Positions 30,720 through 41,323 of a stretch of DNA of 64,000 nucleotides are shown piece by piece. Both the position numbers and the translations under genes were made by a program. Origin of the DNA: a virus; the IMG/VR virus record IMGVR_UViG_3300033571_007537, positions 1 to 64,000 of that record, one strand, 5' to 3'. Position 1 is the stretch's first letter, and every line of letters starts with the position of its first letter. The notes under the pieces are model-generated. The model had not been told where the DNA came from, did not search any database, and saw only the letters and a list, made by a program, of their open reading frames with translations.

Positions 30720-31355
30720 CTATTCAGGGATAATTTCAAATGGCTTTAGGCTAGCTAAAGTCAAAACTTTTGTGTCATAGATTTCTAAGAACTGGTCAGA
30801 CATTTCTGGGTTGATAGGTACAGCAATAATGTCATCAAAAGCAGGGTCTGCATCATTCATCAAAACCCAGTCCCCACCAACACGAGCGTATCTACCTTGC
30901 TCGTTGTCATATAGAACGCCGATTACTACATCGTCCCCTGCAAAGACACAGGCGTAAAGTTCTTCAACTGGGGCGTCAGCATCTGCTGCCATAGGGTTTT
31001 TCTCCGTAATCCTCTTAAGATTTTGCTTAAGAACACTGACAGGTAGTGGGATTCGATAGTAAGAAAGCCAGATGCCATCTTCTTCTCGAAGGTCACGAAC
31101 TGTATAGTCAGAACTCAGCGTACTGAATTTAATTATACCTGTATTTTTATCAGTTGTTATGTCGCTAATGACTTGAAAGTTGGGGTCGTTACCCATCCAG
31201 TAGGAGATAGTCACAACAGCGTCACCTTGATGGGCAGTTATGCCATTAGCAACTCGGGCCATCTTTTCGCCAGTTTCACGGTCGACGTGAGTAACTACTC
31301 GGTAGCCGTCAAATATGAGTCTAGGCTCGGTTGGAGCTAAGGTCGATTCATCCAT
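30720..31355 (-). CDS. Hypothetical protein in the head module
   Basis: 211-aa ORF co-oriented and closely packed with its neighbours. Confidence 0.7.
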   Translation of the reverse strand: MDESTLAPTEPRLIFDGYRVVTHVDRETGEKMARVANGITAHQGDAVVTISYWMGNDPNFQVISDITTDKNTGIIKFSTLSSDYTVRDLREEDGIWLSYYRIPLPVSVLKQNLKRITEKNPMAADADAPVEELYACVFAGDDVVIGVLYDNEQGRYARVGGDWVLMNDADPAFDDIIAVPINPEMSDQFLEIYDTKVLTLASLKPFEIIPE

Positions 31356-31370
31356 AATTTAATCCTAACC

Positions 31371-34300
31371 CTACTTTCCGAAAATAAAGAATTTATTGAG
31401 TGGCTTGCCATTAATTTCAGTCACGCCTTGGTCTTGGAAGTACTGAAGTATTTCCGTAAGAAGAGGTTTCTCTCGTACTCGAATAACGTTTAGGTCTTCG
31501 TAAAGGACTTCTCCCTTGAGCATAACCTCTGACAAACTTTCACTAGACAAAGTAGAGAACTGGCTGCCCTCTAGTTTACCCCACTTATCATTAGGGTTTC
31601 CATAGAGTCCTAATCTAGCGATTACTTTCTGAGAGTCAATATCAAATTTCAAATCTCGCATGTCGCCTACGTGACCGCTAGAGGTTTCGTTCGGAGTTTT
31701 ATTAGTAAACACGTAAGCACCGCCAACGTTGTTGATGTCTGCATCGCCAGAACCTGGAGTGAAGTAGATGCCGTGCAATGCTCGGTCTGCTGCTGAACGT
31801 GATGCTCCAGAGCCGTTTCCAAAGATTTCGTTGTATACCCATTTAGCTTTATCTGAATAAGTATCTGAGGCATAGGTCGGGACAGCAAAGCCGTGGAATA
31901 GGTTTGTAAAGTTCAGAGCTTTAGTTAGTTTTTCAGCGGACTCTTTTGGCATCATAAAGTGCACCGCTCCACGCTCATTACGAGGTTTCATGTCTGCGGC
32001 AGTAAAGCCATAATTGTCTTTGACTGAGTCTAGAACCTTTTGACGAGCTTCTCCAGTTAAGTTTTCGCTTCCATCAGGTACGTCGCCAAATAGAGCGATA
32101 ATCTTGTTCTCCAACATTGCTTGAGTGTCAATAGTAGTGGCTGGTCTAACCTGCTGCACACCAACAGCCTTTAGAGCAGCTTCAATCTGCTCTGGAGTTG
32201 CAATGTCATCAAACTGAACCTGTACTTTGTTATGGTAAGCCAACGGACCCTCTGCCCCTCCTTGTGTGTTTACTCCAACAAATTTAGGAGTTGAAGTTCC
32301 AGCGTTAGCTCTAAAAATCGATGCTCTACCTATGATATTTCCGTTGCTGTCTTTAATCGGAATAACATAGGTTTTACCCTCACCCTTCCCAGTTTTTGTG
32401 GAAGTCACGTAGTCGTTTTCATAGACCTTAGAAATTTTACCTTCTTCGTGGGTGATTCTAGATATTTTTACACCCGGTAAAGTTTTTACTTCTGGATTAG
32501 AAATTATCTGCTCACGTAAAAAGCCTGGCTTAGTGGTACTAGCGTCATCTAATGTCCAAGAAGTTAAGCCAAAGGTTAGCCTAGTTGCTGGCTTGCCTTT
32601 GTTTTCCACGACTCCAATAGATAGGGTGCTATCCTCAATGCTGTCAGCATCAACCAAGACTTCTTGTCCGAATACGCCCTGTAGTCCAGTCTTGTTTTTA
32701 GACTCGTCTAGTGCAGTTTGTAGGCTAGGAAGTTCAGGATAAGCAGACTCGTCCCAGCCGATGACTGGGGCTACATCAACAATCTGAGCTCCAGAGCCCT
32801 TCACTAGAGCAGCAGCTTTAGCGGCTTTAAGTTCTTTGGCTAGCTTTTCAGCGGCTAGCTGGTTAGCTATCGAAGCCTTTTTAGCTTCAATAGTCGGGCC
32901 GTAAGTATCTACGACGTATTTAATTTTTGAAGCAATGATATCTTTACCCTGCTGAATTTTTTCAGCATTGACTTCTACACCTGCAGTCTTAGCACCTTCT
33001 GGGCTTACCCAGTTTTCAGTGTCGTCAACTGTGTTGCTTAGGATGTTGTTTTCCTTGTTTCCAGCGGCAGGGCCGTGAAGCCATACGACAGAAAGCGTAG
33101 CGTTAGGCTTGTCTGTATCGGTTACGATACCTGTAGAGAGTCCGTCTTGTGAGGTAACAACAGCACCAGTAATGACATATTTATCATTCTTGGTTTTAAC
33201 TTTTTGAGCGTCAAATGCCTCTTTCCAAACCACAGTTGGGTTGAAATTTGTTGGCAGCATGTTGTAAGGAACTCCCATAATCTCCCCGCTGAGGCCAAGC
33301 TGAGCAAGGCCAGCCTCGCTCTTCTTATTTACACCCACGTCTTTTACGCCCTGAGCATTGAGGAATCCAGCTAGGCCATCAACCTTTTCAGCAGTCGCTG
33401 AGAGTGGTTGAGGGGTTCCGCTAACAGGAGTAGATATGTAGCCATTTGCTATATTGGATTCTGTAGGTCTGTAGATTTTAAATGAGTTCCAGCTGTAGTA
33501 GGTGCCTGTTTCTAGTTTTCCTTGATTCTTTTGGAATCCAGACATGGTGTACACACTGTTACCCTCGGTTGGGTAGATAATACGAGTAGTTATCCTGCCA
33601 CGTATCCCGTCGACGCCAACAGCTACTATTTGTCTATACATAGTTTTGTCGCCAACCCCCCTACGTATGACGTCACCAACTTTAAGTTCGTTTGTAGTTA
33701 TTTTACCAATTGAGGTAAATGGAGCTTTCTTTCCACCCTTAATAGTTACATCTTCAAACTTAAGCTTCTTTACTGGGTAGCCATCATAGTTTGGGTCAGC
33801 ATCTGCTGCTGGAGACTTAGAGGCATCTAGCTCAGTAGCCAACTCTTTAACTTCAGTTGCAGCATTTGCAACCTCTTCGCCAATAGGAGTGTTAGCCATT
33901 GATGTTTCTACGCTGTCTGCTAGACCTGTAACATCTTCGGTGGTTAGTTCTTTGTCTGATTTAGCAAGGATATCTGAATTAACAATTCCAGCATTTATCT
34001 CAGCTACTAACTCGTTGACTGCTAATTGCTTAATCTGTTCTGGGGTGTTGAACAGAAGTGAAGCAATAAAGTCATTATACTTTTTCTCTAGGTCTGGGCT
34101 TGTAGATAGGTCCCAGTTATTGGCTATCGAAACTAGTGTATCGATACTCTCTTGAGTAGCAGGAGTGTCTTTGTCGATTACCTTGTCTAGTTCAACTGAA
34201 CCTGGAACCTTTGGCTCGTTAGGAACTACAACTGCAGAAGTCTGCATGTCCAAGAACATCTTCTTTTTCTCGTCCAAAGAAATGGTCTTTAGAGTGTGGT

Positions 34301-37300
34301 TGCCATCGTTGTCTATTGAATCTGTGAGGATGCGGAATACGCCGTCATCTCCGTAACCAGCGGATACAACGTGTACCCACTCATCGTTAACGTGAAGTAG
34401 GTCTCCAGACTGCAACTCTGACCACTTTCTTGGAGTGTTAGTTCCTAGAATTGCATCAGAGTATAGGGCGTTGTTTGAGTCGTATAGCGGATGCTTTACG
34501 CCATCTACATCTACGAACGAAGGTCCAAGGTCAGACTTTTGGATTTCTGGAGTTGCGTCGCTCTGAAGAGCTGGAGTCTTTGCTGGCTCAGGAGCAGAAG
34601 CTGGGTCAACTTTTTGTACTAGGTTGAAGGCAGAGCCCGAGGTCTCGTTGTCGATGGTTTCTTTAGTGCCATCATTGTATTCGATTGTGAAGCCCGCGTA
34701 TCCGCTTGGAGCCATAAAGTTACCTGTAACCTTACCGCTCTTACCATTCTGAGGATTAAACACTGAATCGCCAGTTACAACAGGAGTGTCGCCAAACCAG
34801 TTGAAGATGTCTTCCTTGCTTGGTCCAGAGGATTGCTCTGTTGTTGAAGGAGTGATTGGCTTAGGGGTTTTATTAGTAGGAGCAGGTGGAGTAGTTGGCT
34901 CAACGAACTCAGGGGTCTCGCCTGTTCCAACGTTCTCTTGAGTCATAGCTTCTTTTAGCTTTGGATAGAACGGTTCGCTTAGTGAAGAGCTTGGTTCTGC
35001 AACTTTTAGGTTAGAAGATACACGCCAACGCTGACGGTTGGATTCATAGCCCTGCTCAGCGTTTAGGTCAGGGAAGATTACCAACATCTGGTCAGAGTAT
35101 AGGTAGTCCTTTGAGTTGTGCTTGTAAATTACGCTTTCAACGACGCCTCGATAGACCTTGCCAGTCTTCTGGTCAGTCCAGTCAACGGTGTCGCCCTTCT
35201 TAACAATGGTTTCGCCATCGTAAGAAACGTGAGGAGCCTTAGGAACACCCTTACCTTCGAAGAAACTGTCTGGCAAAGACTGCGCAGACTTAGCCTTGTT
35301 CTCAGCCATCTTTGCAATAACCTCGTCAACAAAGCTAGATGGCAATCCAGCATCTGCTGCAAGTTTGTCTAGAACATCCTTGCTAACTGTGTAGTTATCG
35401 TTGCTAATGTCAGCAAAGAAACTTGATAGTGCGGTTGCTAGTTCAGCAGGAGTCTTAGGACCAACCTCGCTGTTAACGTATGACTTCAAACCTTCGGTTA
35501 GGTCTACCTCAGGTGCGCCAGCAATAGGGACGTACTTCTGAATCTTGGTCTTGTCGTGGTTAAAGAATCCACGTGGGTTTCCACCATCGATTGCTGTCTT
35601 AGCCTTGTCGATACGACTACTTAGAGCCTTGAAGGAGTGGAACTCTTTACCAATTTTTAGAACACGCTGTTCGCCAGTGATAAGGTCAGTTTCTTTCATG
35701 TAGACGTAGAAACGCTCACGCTTAGTACGACGAGCATACGCCTCGTACTTGTAAATTTTGCCACCAATCTTCATAGTTTGGGTGGCTTCGCCAATCTTGA
35801 TATCACCGTTAGGCATAACTTCAAAGTCTGGGTTGTTCTTTAGAAGCTGGTCTGTGATTAGGTTCGGGTCAAGAATATCTGTTGGGTCTTTAGGAGTGAG
35901 GTCGTTGTTGTCATCATCGCTAATGATTTGGTCAGCTGCAGTTTCTGCTTCAGGAGCATTTTCTTCTGGAGCGTTACCGTAAGGGTTTTGTGCAAAAGTA
36001 CCGTTAGCAGTGTGGTAGCTACCAAAAGCATCTAGAGCAGCAGCTTCGCTAGCGTAATCGGTTAGTTTGATGGTAGAGACATCGCCATCTTGAGTGATAG
36101 CTGTCCAAGCACCAGACTTAGACTTGCTTGGCATTACTGCACCAATATTTAGTCCATCCTTACTGAATAGACTTCCATCTTTAGTCTTTACTTCCATGAT
36201 TTCGCCATTGCCAACAGACACCTTGTTGACGGCAAGAACTCCAGGTGAACTCTCTGACAGAGCTGGGTTAAGCTTCTCTTCAGGAAGACTCTGAGCCTGC
36301 TTAAGCTCTCCAATAACTACACCAATCTCACCCTTGTTTAGGTCTTCTTTGGTTAGTAGGTTTTCAATTTCTTGCTTACGCTCTGGAGTAATGTCCTTAG
36401 CAGCAAGCATCTTCTTTATTGACTCAACCTGAGCCTCAGTTGCTGGAGCTAAGAATCCACCCTTGTGAACAGAGAATCCCTTAGAGGCTTCGCCTGCTGG
36501 GTTCTTTGTGATTGGGTTTTCTTCTAGAGCAGTTGCCTCAGCAATTACATCTCCAACCCAAGCTTCGGCTGCTTCCTTAGTTTTGAAGTTAGCCTTCTTG
36601 TCGTTGCCTTGGGCATCTTTAACGAACGCATCGAAAGTGTTGTTTACTGTAGGAGTGATTGTTGCTGTTGAAAGTCCCCAGTTGATTACGCTACCTTCAC
36701 CGACGTCTTTAATCTTGACATCTAGGTTGGTAGTTTCGGTGTTAATCTGAATGACTTCTCTGTTAGTTTCTACTACTTCTGAAACTAATTCTTCTTCAGG
36801 AACATCTACTACCTCTGGTTCGGCTTTAGAAACCTGCCCATCTGCCTTTGTGTCAACCAATAGCTGTGCAGCTGCCGCTTTACCATCTGCAAATGTTGCC
36901 TCGCCAGAGCCAAAACTCTTTTGCGCAATCTTGTTGCGATTTTCGTCTAGGAGCTGGGCTGTTACGTAATCTGCTTTGCTGGCAGAGCCTCCACTTGATG
37001 AACTATTTTGCTCATACACTACCCTGAGAATGTACCCAGTTTCTGGGTCGACCGCTTCATCAACACTCACGCCTCCAACATTCACGACGGACTTCCACTC
37101 TAGAGGAGGCGTAGGCTCGGCAGCAGGGGTAGGAGCAGGAGTTGTAGCAGAAGGTGGTGCGCTCTGCTCTGCTTTCTTCTTGTTGTATTCAGCTTGATAC
37201 TGGGTAGAGATTTCGCCAGCACTCTTGTTGTTTCTGATGTGAGCAATAGTGGTAGATGGGCTCCACTGATAAGTCTTAATCTTGCCAGTCTTTGGGTTAA

Positions 37301-40300
37301 GAACTGAGAAAGTAGTTAGCTGCTTAGATACACCAAGCTTCACACCCTTGCCAGTCTTTACGCCAACTACTACACCGACGTAGTCATCAACACCTGCTAC
37401 GTCTCCATACTGGAGTTTGCTTGCAGGGATGTATTCAAATACTTCGCCAGCCTCTGTTGTGAGTTTAGGGTAAGGCTGTTCTTCTAGTCCTGCGGCTTCT
37501 GGTTCTGCTGGGACAGCATCGAGTCCACTATCTGCTGGTAGCTGGTCTCCGCCCACTGGGCTAGTTCCTGCTGGCTCATCTCCTGCGGGTTCTTCGGTAG
37601 CTGGACCATCTGAATCTTGTTCGGTTCCGCTTGTGGATTCTCCATTTTGCTGTGCCTTGCCTTTCTCGGTATACACGTAATTGCCTGTTGAAATATCATA
37701 CACTGAAAGCTCTCCGCGTGCATCTGCACGTGCAAGGGCTTCCTCTTCTGTTGCGGCTACTTCGCTGACGTCTAGGTAAACTTTACCGTTTTCAGCATCG
37801 TGCCATGTTCCTAGGAAGAACCCTGGTTCTCCTAGTTTCTCTGCGTTCTTAAGCGCGAACGCTTCTAGAATCGCTCTACCCTTTGCAGCGTCAAAGAAGT
37901 CTGCCGCTTCGACAACTTCTTCACGCTTAGTTAGGGTTCCGTCTGGAAGTGCTACATCTGGTTCCATCGCAACGATGAATCCTTGAGCAGGTGAACTGCC
38001 ATCAACGAAGTCAATAGTGCCACCGCCGTTAGCACCTGTACGGCTAACGATACTTTCTAGACCCTTTGGTGTAGTTGTGGCAGGAACAAAAATTGTGGAT
38101 AGGTCGTACTTGTCTAGGATGCTCTTACGACGAAGCTTTAGAAGGTCAGCTAGGACGCCAGCTTTTTCAGGGTCGCTGGAAACAATTCCATTTACCAACT
38201 GGTCAATCTGCTGGTCGCTAATCTTTTGAAGAGCCTTGGCTGATTCGAGCTTCTGCTCTTCTGTCATACTGCCAAATACTGCTGTGCTGTACGGGTTCTT
38301 TCCGTTAATCAGAGTATCAATTTCAGTGGCTTCTTCATTGAAAGCATCGCCCTTAGGGGCACCTTGAGCACGGAATAGTAGTGCGCCACCCGGGTCAACA
38401 CGAACTGGTTCGCCATTTGCATCTGAAACAATGTTGTCGTATCCAGTACCAGCAACGTCCCAGTTTGCTAGCCATGCGTCAACTGCAAAGCCCTCTTGGA
38501 TTTTTCCAATAAAGTTCTTGTCGTCTAGCTTTTGACCTAGGTCTGGCTTGGCACCTTCAATCATTGGAGAGAATACAACTTCAGTACCGTCAGCCAAAAT
38601 ACCCTTACGAAGTTTGGCGGTTTCAATGCCTAGAGCTTCGTATAGTGCTGCTGCTAGAACTTCGTTATCTGCGTGCAGTTTGCTTTGAGCAACCTTTGCG
38701 TAGATTCTGTTGCCGTTCTCGTCTTCGTAAGTTCCGCCCTCGTTTGAGCCCTGCTTCTCGCCAACTTTTTTATAACCGCTTAGGTCTGCGAAAAGGCTAG
38801 CGTCTTCAGTTACCTGAGCAACTGTTGCTTTAGAAACTGTTGGAGCAGCATCTTCTGTTTTAGAAACTTCGTCAAGGTCTGCAAGAATCTTGTTAGTGTC
38901 GACGCCCTGAAGTTGTAGAGCATCACGAACAGCGTCCGCTTCTACGGTGTACGCTGGGCCCTTGTTGTTACCCTCTTCGTCTTTCATCTGAAGACGTACT
39001 GAGGAGTCTCCTCTGTTCAGAGCAATACGCAATCCACCCTCTAGGGCGAACTTGTTAAAGTTGTCAGCGATGAACTGTGGCTCGTCGCTAACACCCTCAG
39101 GGAAGCCACTCTTGTCCTCTAGAGGGACGTAAGGGTCAATACCTAGTCCATACTGGATACTTAGGTCAGGGTCGTTCTCAAGTAGCTTGGAGCCCTCTGC
39201 CGGGGTCTCTGGAAGTACTGCTTTAACCTCTGGAGCCTTGGCTGGCTTAGCTTCATCAATCTTGTCCAATTCGCTAGGAGCCTTCTCCTGAGCGGCTGGC
39301 TTGATTAGTTCAGCCTTGACTTCATCTTTGTTCTTTTTGCTGTTAGCAGCCTTAGCCTTTTTAAGGTCTTTGTCCTCGACTTCAAGAGTTGCATCTACAA
39401 CAGCAACCAAAGCGTCTTTTAGATTTGAAAGGTCTTTTGGAAGTGAAAGAGCAGCAGCCATCATCTGTGCAGTGATAACTTCTTCGTCTCCGCCATTAGC
39501 AATCTGCTTGATGCGGTCAGTTATAGGTGAGTCAGAATTTCCAACAAACTGGGTTAGAGCAGGGGTTGTCAGATTTGAACCAGCAAGGCTCTTTAGGGCA
39601 GCGTCAACCTTTGATAGGTTCTTGCCAGACTTAGCGGCAACAGCAGCAACTCGGTCTTCTGCGCTATAGGTTTCTGTCTCGGCTGCGGCTGGCTTCTCTA
39701 GAACATCTGGAGCGTCTTCAATTGCTTTGTCAAACTTTTCGGTGTCTTTGTTAGCAGCGACCTGAACTTTGCCCCAGCTCTGAACACGAGCAACAACTTC
39801 AGTTTCACCCTCGCCCTTGTAGATTGTAGCGTCACGCTTTACAACGTAAACTGGCTCGTTCTTTTGGAACTTTCCATCTAAACCGCTACCAGAGTTTTCA
39901 GCACCGCCATCAATCTCGGCTTGCTTCTTGAACGCAGGGTCAGACTTTTTACCTGAGTAGTTGTTGTAGACATCAACGATGTAGCCATCTTCAGACTTGT
40001 AACGCTTGTCTGGGTCAGAGTCTGATTCTTTTTTGTAGTTAGGGTCTTCGGTCCAACCATTAGGGACATCTTTTTTGGTCTTAAGAAGTTCGGCAACATC
40101 AAGAAAGTCAGTTCTAGTTTGGTCTACGTTCTGACCCTTGCTATCTTTTAGCAGGTTCTCAGGAGTAACACCTTGTAGTGCTTGGGTACGGTCAGCTGGA
40201 GCGACAATGATACCGCTACCTAGTTCAGGGTGGTTCTTGACCTCAATCTCAACGGTGCTTGGGTCTTTACCGCTACCTAGCGAGGTACCAATGTGAGAGT

Positions 40301-41006
40301 CAATCTTTCCAGCGGAGCTACGGATGTATAGACGTACTCCATCACCAGTTCCAGCGAAGCGACCTTCGGAGTCACGAGCTTGAGCCTTAGCACGTAGGGA
40401 ACGGGCTAGCTTGGAGTTTCCTCCAGCGTATGGGTTGAAGGCTGCAAGAAGAGCAGAAACCTGTTCGTTGTTTCTAATCTCTGCTGGAACCATAGTGCCA
40501 GTAGCAGACAGCTTTGCAAAGAGGTAGACACGCTCGGCGCTCTCGGGACGGGCGGCGTAGGCGGACGCAACAAGCGGACGAACGGAGTCATCAATACGCG
40601 GGTCAGCGGCAATCCAACGCGCACGAGCGTGTCTGATTCCAGCAGCAGTGAGTGAGTGTGGTGCTGTGGAAAGAGGGTTGGTGATTGGGAGGAGGTCTGT
40701 GTTTTTAGTTCCGTTGCGGGTAGCTGTACCCTTAGCAGATAGGTCTAGGAAGTTGGTTACGTCGCGGACTACTAGAAACTTACGGGTGTCTAGAGGCAGA
40801 CTTGCGCTAGCTACAAGAGAGCGTTCTGCTACTTCGTAAGCAGTATCAACTGGAATCTGACGTACTGTTGGAGTGCCCTCGTTGTGAGAAGACACTAGGT
40901 CGAAGATTACTTGACGTAAGCCTTTGGTTGGTACGAATGTCTCTGACACAACGATGTCTGAGTCGAGGTTCTCGATTAATGAGTTGAGAATGGAGCTCAC
41001 GCCCAC
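31371..41006 (-). CDS. Giant polyvalent protein (3211 aa) with a HipA/PI3K-like kinase domain, SH3/KOW-like modules and a possible C-terminal enzymatic domain
   Basis: Kinase-like GSNEGG..YAK..NEVLA..LY..DAWLANWD..DN..VDPGG at about 38.2-38.8 kb; repeated (E/K)L..GD modules; AGGAAGG RBS and GTG start. Confidence 0.75.
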   Translation of the reverse strand: MGVSSILNSLIENLDSDIVVSETFVPTKGLRQVIFDLVSSHNEGTPTVRQIPVDTAYEVAERSLVASASLPLDTRKFLVVRDVTNFLDLSAKGTATRNGTKNTDLLPITNPLSTAPHSLTAAGIRHARARWIAADPRIDDSVRPLVASAYAARPESAERVYLFAKLSATGTMVPAEIRNNEQVSALLAAFNPYAGGNSKLARSLRAKAQARDSEGRFAGTGDGVRLYIRSSAGKIDSHIGTSLGSGKDPSTVEIEVKNHPELGSGIIVAPADRTQALQGVTPENLLKDSKGQNVDQTRTDFLDVAELLKTKKDVPNGWTEDPNYKKESDSDPDKRYKSEDGYIVDVYNNYSGKKSDPAFKKQAEIDGGAENSGSGLDGKFQKNEPVYVVKRDATIYKGEGETEVVARVQSWGKVQVAANKDTEKFDKAIEDAPDVLEKPAAAETETYSAEDRVAAVAAKSGKNLSKVDAALKSLAGSNLTTPALTQFVGNSDSPITDRIKQIANGGDEEVITAQMMAAALSLPKDLSNLKDALVAVVDATLEVEDKDLKKAKAANSKKNKDEVKAELIKPAAQEKAPSELDKIDEAKPAKAPEVKAVLPETPAEGSKLLENDPDLSIQYGLGIDPYVPLEDKSGFPEGVSDEPQFIADNFNKFALEGGLRIALNRGDSSVRLQMKDEEGNNKGPAYTVEADAVRDALQLQGVDTNKILADLDEVSKTEDAAPTVSKATVAQVTEDASLFADLSGYKKVGEKQGSNEGGTYEDENGNRIYAKVAQSKLHADNEVLAAALYEALGIETAKLRKGILADGTEVVFSPMIEGAKPDLGQKLDDKNFIGKIQEGFAVDAWLANWDVAGTGYDNIVSDANGEPVRVDPGGALLFRAQGAPKGDAFNEEATEIDTLINGKNPYSTAVFGSMTEEQKLESAKALQKISDQQIDQLVNGIVSSDPEKAGVLADLLKLRRKSILDKYDLSTIFVPATTTPKGLESIVSRTGANGGGTIDFVDGSSPAQGFIVAMEPDVALPDGTLTKREEVVEAADFFDAAKGRAILEAFALKNAEKLGEPGFFLGTWHDAENGKVYLDVSEVAATEEEALARADARGELSVYDISTGNYVYTEKGKAQQNGESTSGTEQDSDGPATEEPAGDEPAGTSPVGGDQLPADSGLDAVPAEPEAAGLEEQPYPKLTTEAGEVFEYIPASKLQYGDVAGVDDYVGVVVGVKTGKGVKLGVSKQLTTFSVLNPKTGKIKTYQWSPSTTIAHIRNNKSAGEISTQYQAEYNKKKAEQSAPPSATTPAPTPAAEPTPPLEWKSVVNVGGVSVDEAVDPETGYILRVVYEQNSSSSGGSASKADYVTAQLLDENRNKIAQKSFGSGEATFADGKAAAAQLLVDTKADGQVSKAEPEVVDVPEEELVSEVVETNREVIQINTETTNLDVKIKDVGEGSVINWGLSTATITPTVNNTFDAFVKDAQGNDKKANFKTKEAAEAWVGDVIAEATALEENPITKNPAGEASKGFSVHKGGFLAPATEAQVESIKKMLAAKDITPERKQEIENLLTKEDLNKGEIGVVIGELKQAQSLPEEKLNPALSESSPGVLAVNKVSVGNGEIMEVKTKDGSLFSKDGLNIGAVMPSKSKSGAWTAITQDGDVSTIKLTDYASEAAALDAFGSYHTANGTFAQNPYGNAPEENAPEAETAADQIISDDDNNDLTPKDPTDILDPNLITDQLLKNNPDFEVMPNGDIKIGEATQTMKIGGKIYKYEAYARRTKRERFYVYMKETDLITGEQRVLKIGKEFHSFKALSSRIDKAKTAIDGGNPRGFFNHDKTKIQKYVPIAGAPEVDLTEGLKSYVNSEVGPKTPAELATALSSFFADISNDNYTVSKDVLDKLAADAGLPSSFVDEVIAKMAENKAKSAQSLPDSFFEGKGVPKAPHVSYDGETIVKKGDTVDWTDQKTGKVYRGVVESVIYKHNSKDYLYSDQMLVIFPDLNAEQGYESNRQRWRVSSNLKVAEPSSSLSEPFYPKLKEAMTQENVGTGETPEFVEPTTPPAPTNKTPKPITPSTTEQSSGPSKEDIFNWFGDTPVVTGDSVFNPQNGKSGKVTGNFMAPSGYAGFTIEYNDGTKETIDNETSGSAFNLVQKVDPASAPEPAKTPALQSDATPEIQKSDLGPSFVDVDGVKHPLYDSNNALYSDAILGTNTPRKWSELQSGDLLHVNDEWVHVVSAGYGDDGVFRILTDSIDNDGNHTLKTISLDEKKKMFLDMQTSAVVVPNEPKVPGSVELDKVIDKDTPATQESIDTLVSIANNWDLSTSPDLEKKYNDFIASLLFNTPEQIKQLAVNELVAEINAGIVNSDILAKSDKELTTEDVTGLADSVETSMANTPIGEEVANAATEVKELATELDASKSPAADADPNYDGYPVKKLKFEDVTIKGGKKAPFTSIGKITTNELKVGDVIRRGVGDKTMYRQIVAVGVDGIRGRITTRIIYPTEGNSVYTMSGFQKNQGKLETGTYYSWNSFKIYRPTESNIANGYISTPVSGTPQPLSATAEKVDGLAGFLNAQGVKDVGVNKKSEAGLAQLGLSGEIMGVPYNMLPTNFNPTVVWKEAFDAQKVKTKNDKYVITGAVVTSQDGLSTGIVTDTDKPNATLSVVWLHGPAAGNKENNILSNTVDDTENWVSPEGAKTAGVEVNAEKIQQGKDIIASKIKYVVDTYGPTIEAKKASIANQLAAEKLAKELKAAKAAALVKGSGAQIVDVAPVIGWDESAYPELPSLQTALDESKNKTGLQGVFGQEVLVDADSIEDSTLSIGVVENKGKPATRLTFGLTSWTLDDASTTKPGFLREQIISNPEVKTLPGVKISRITHEEGKISKVYENDYVTSTKTGKGEGKTYVIPIKDSNGNIIGRASIFRANAGTSTPKFVGVNTQGGAEGPLAYHNKVQVQFDDIATPEQIEAALKAVGVQQVRPATTIDTQAMLENKIIALFGDVPDGSENLTGEARQKVLDSVKDNYGFTAADMKPRNERGAVHFMMPKESAEKLTKALNFTNLFHGFAVPTYASDTYSDKAKWVYNEIFGNGSGASRSAADRALHGIYFTPGSGDADINNVGGAYVFTNKTPNETSSGHVGDMRDLKFDIDSQKVIARLGLYGNPNDKWGKLEGSQFSTLSSESLSEVMLKGEVLYEDLNVIRVREKPLLTEILQYFQDQGVTEINGKPLNKFFIFGK

Positions 41007-41131
41007 ACCTTCCTGCTATACGTATAAAAGATTGCGTCATTACGATTTAATAAGCTTAGGAAGATTTTATCCTATTATTTAGCCAATGATTCCGCTTTTT
41101 GCGCAAAAAGATACGCTAGACACAAAAACTA

Positions 41132-41323
41132 TTATAGCTCGTCATCAATCTTCTGATTAATGGAAAAGTCAGTTATTTTGCTGACATCATGGTGGATTGC
41201 AGCAGTGACTGGTTTCACTTCTGGTTTTGGTTCTGGCTTCTTTTTCTTAACAAGGTCTTCCAAATTATAAACTTGGTACTCGTCATCACCAGAGGTGAAT
41301 CTATCTAGGCGGTCTTTGTCCAT
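41132..41323 (-). CDS. Small hypothetical protein (63 aa)
   Basis: TAATG coupling to the upstream stop; contains a VTAA motif. Confidence 0.55.
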   Translation of the reverse strand: MDKDRLDRFTSGDDEYQVYNLEDLVKKKKPEPKPEVKPVTAAIHHDVSKITDFSINQKIDDEL

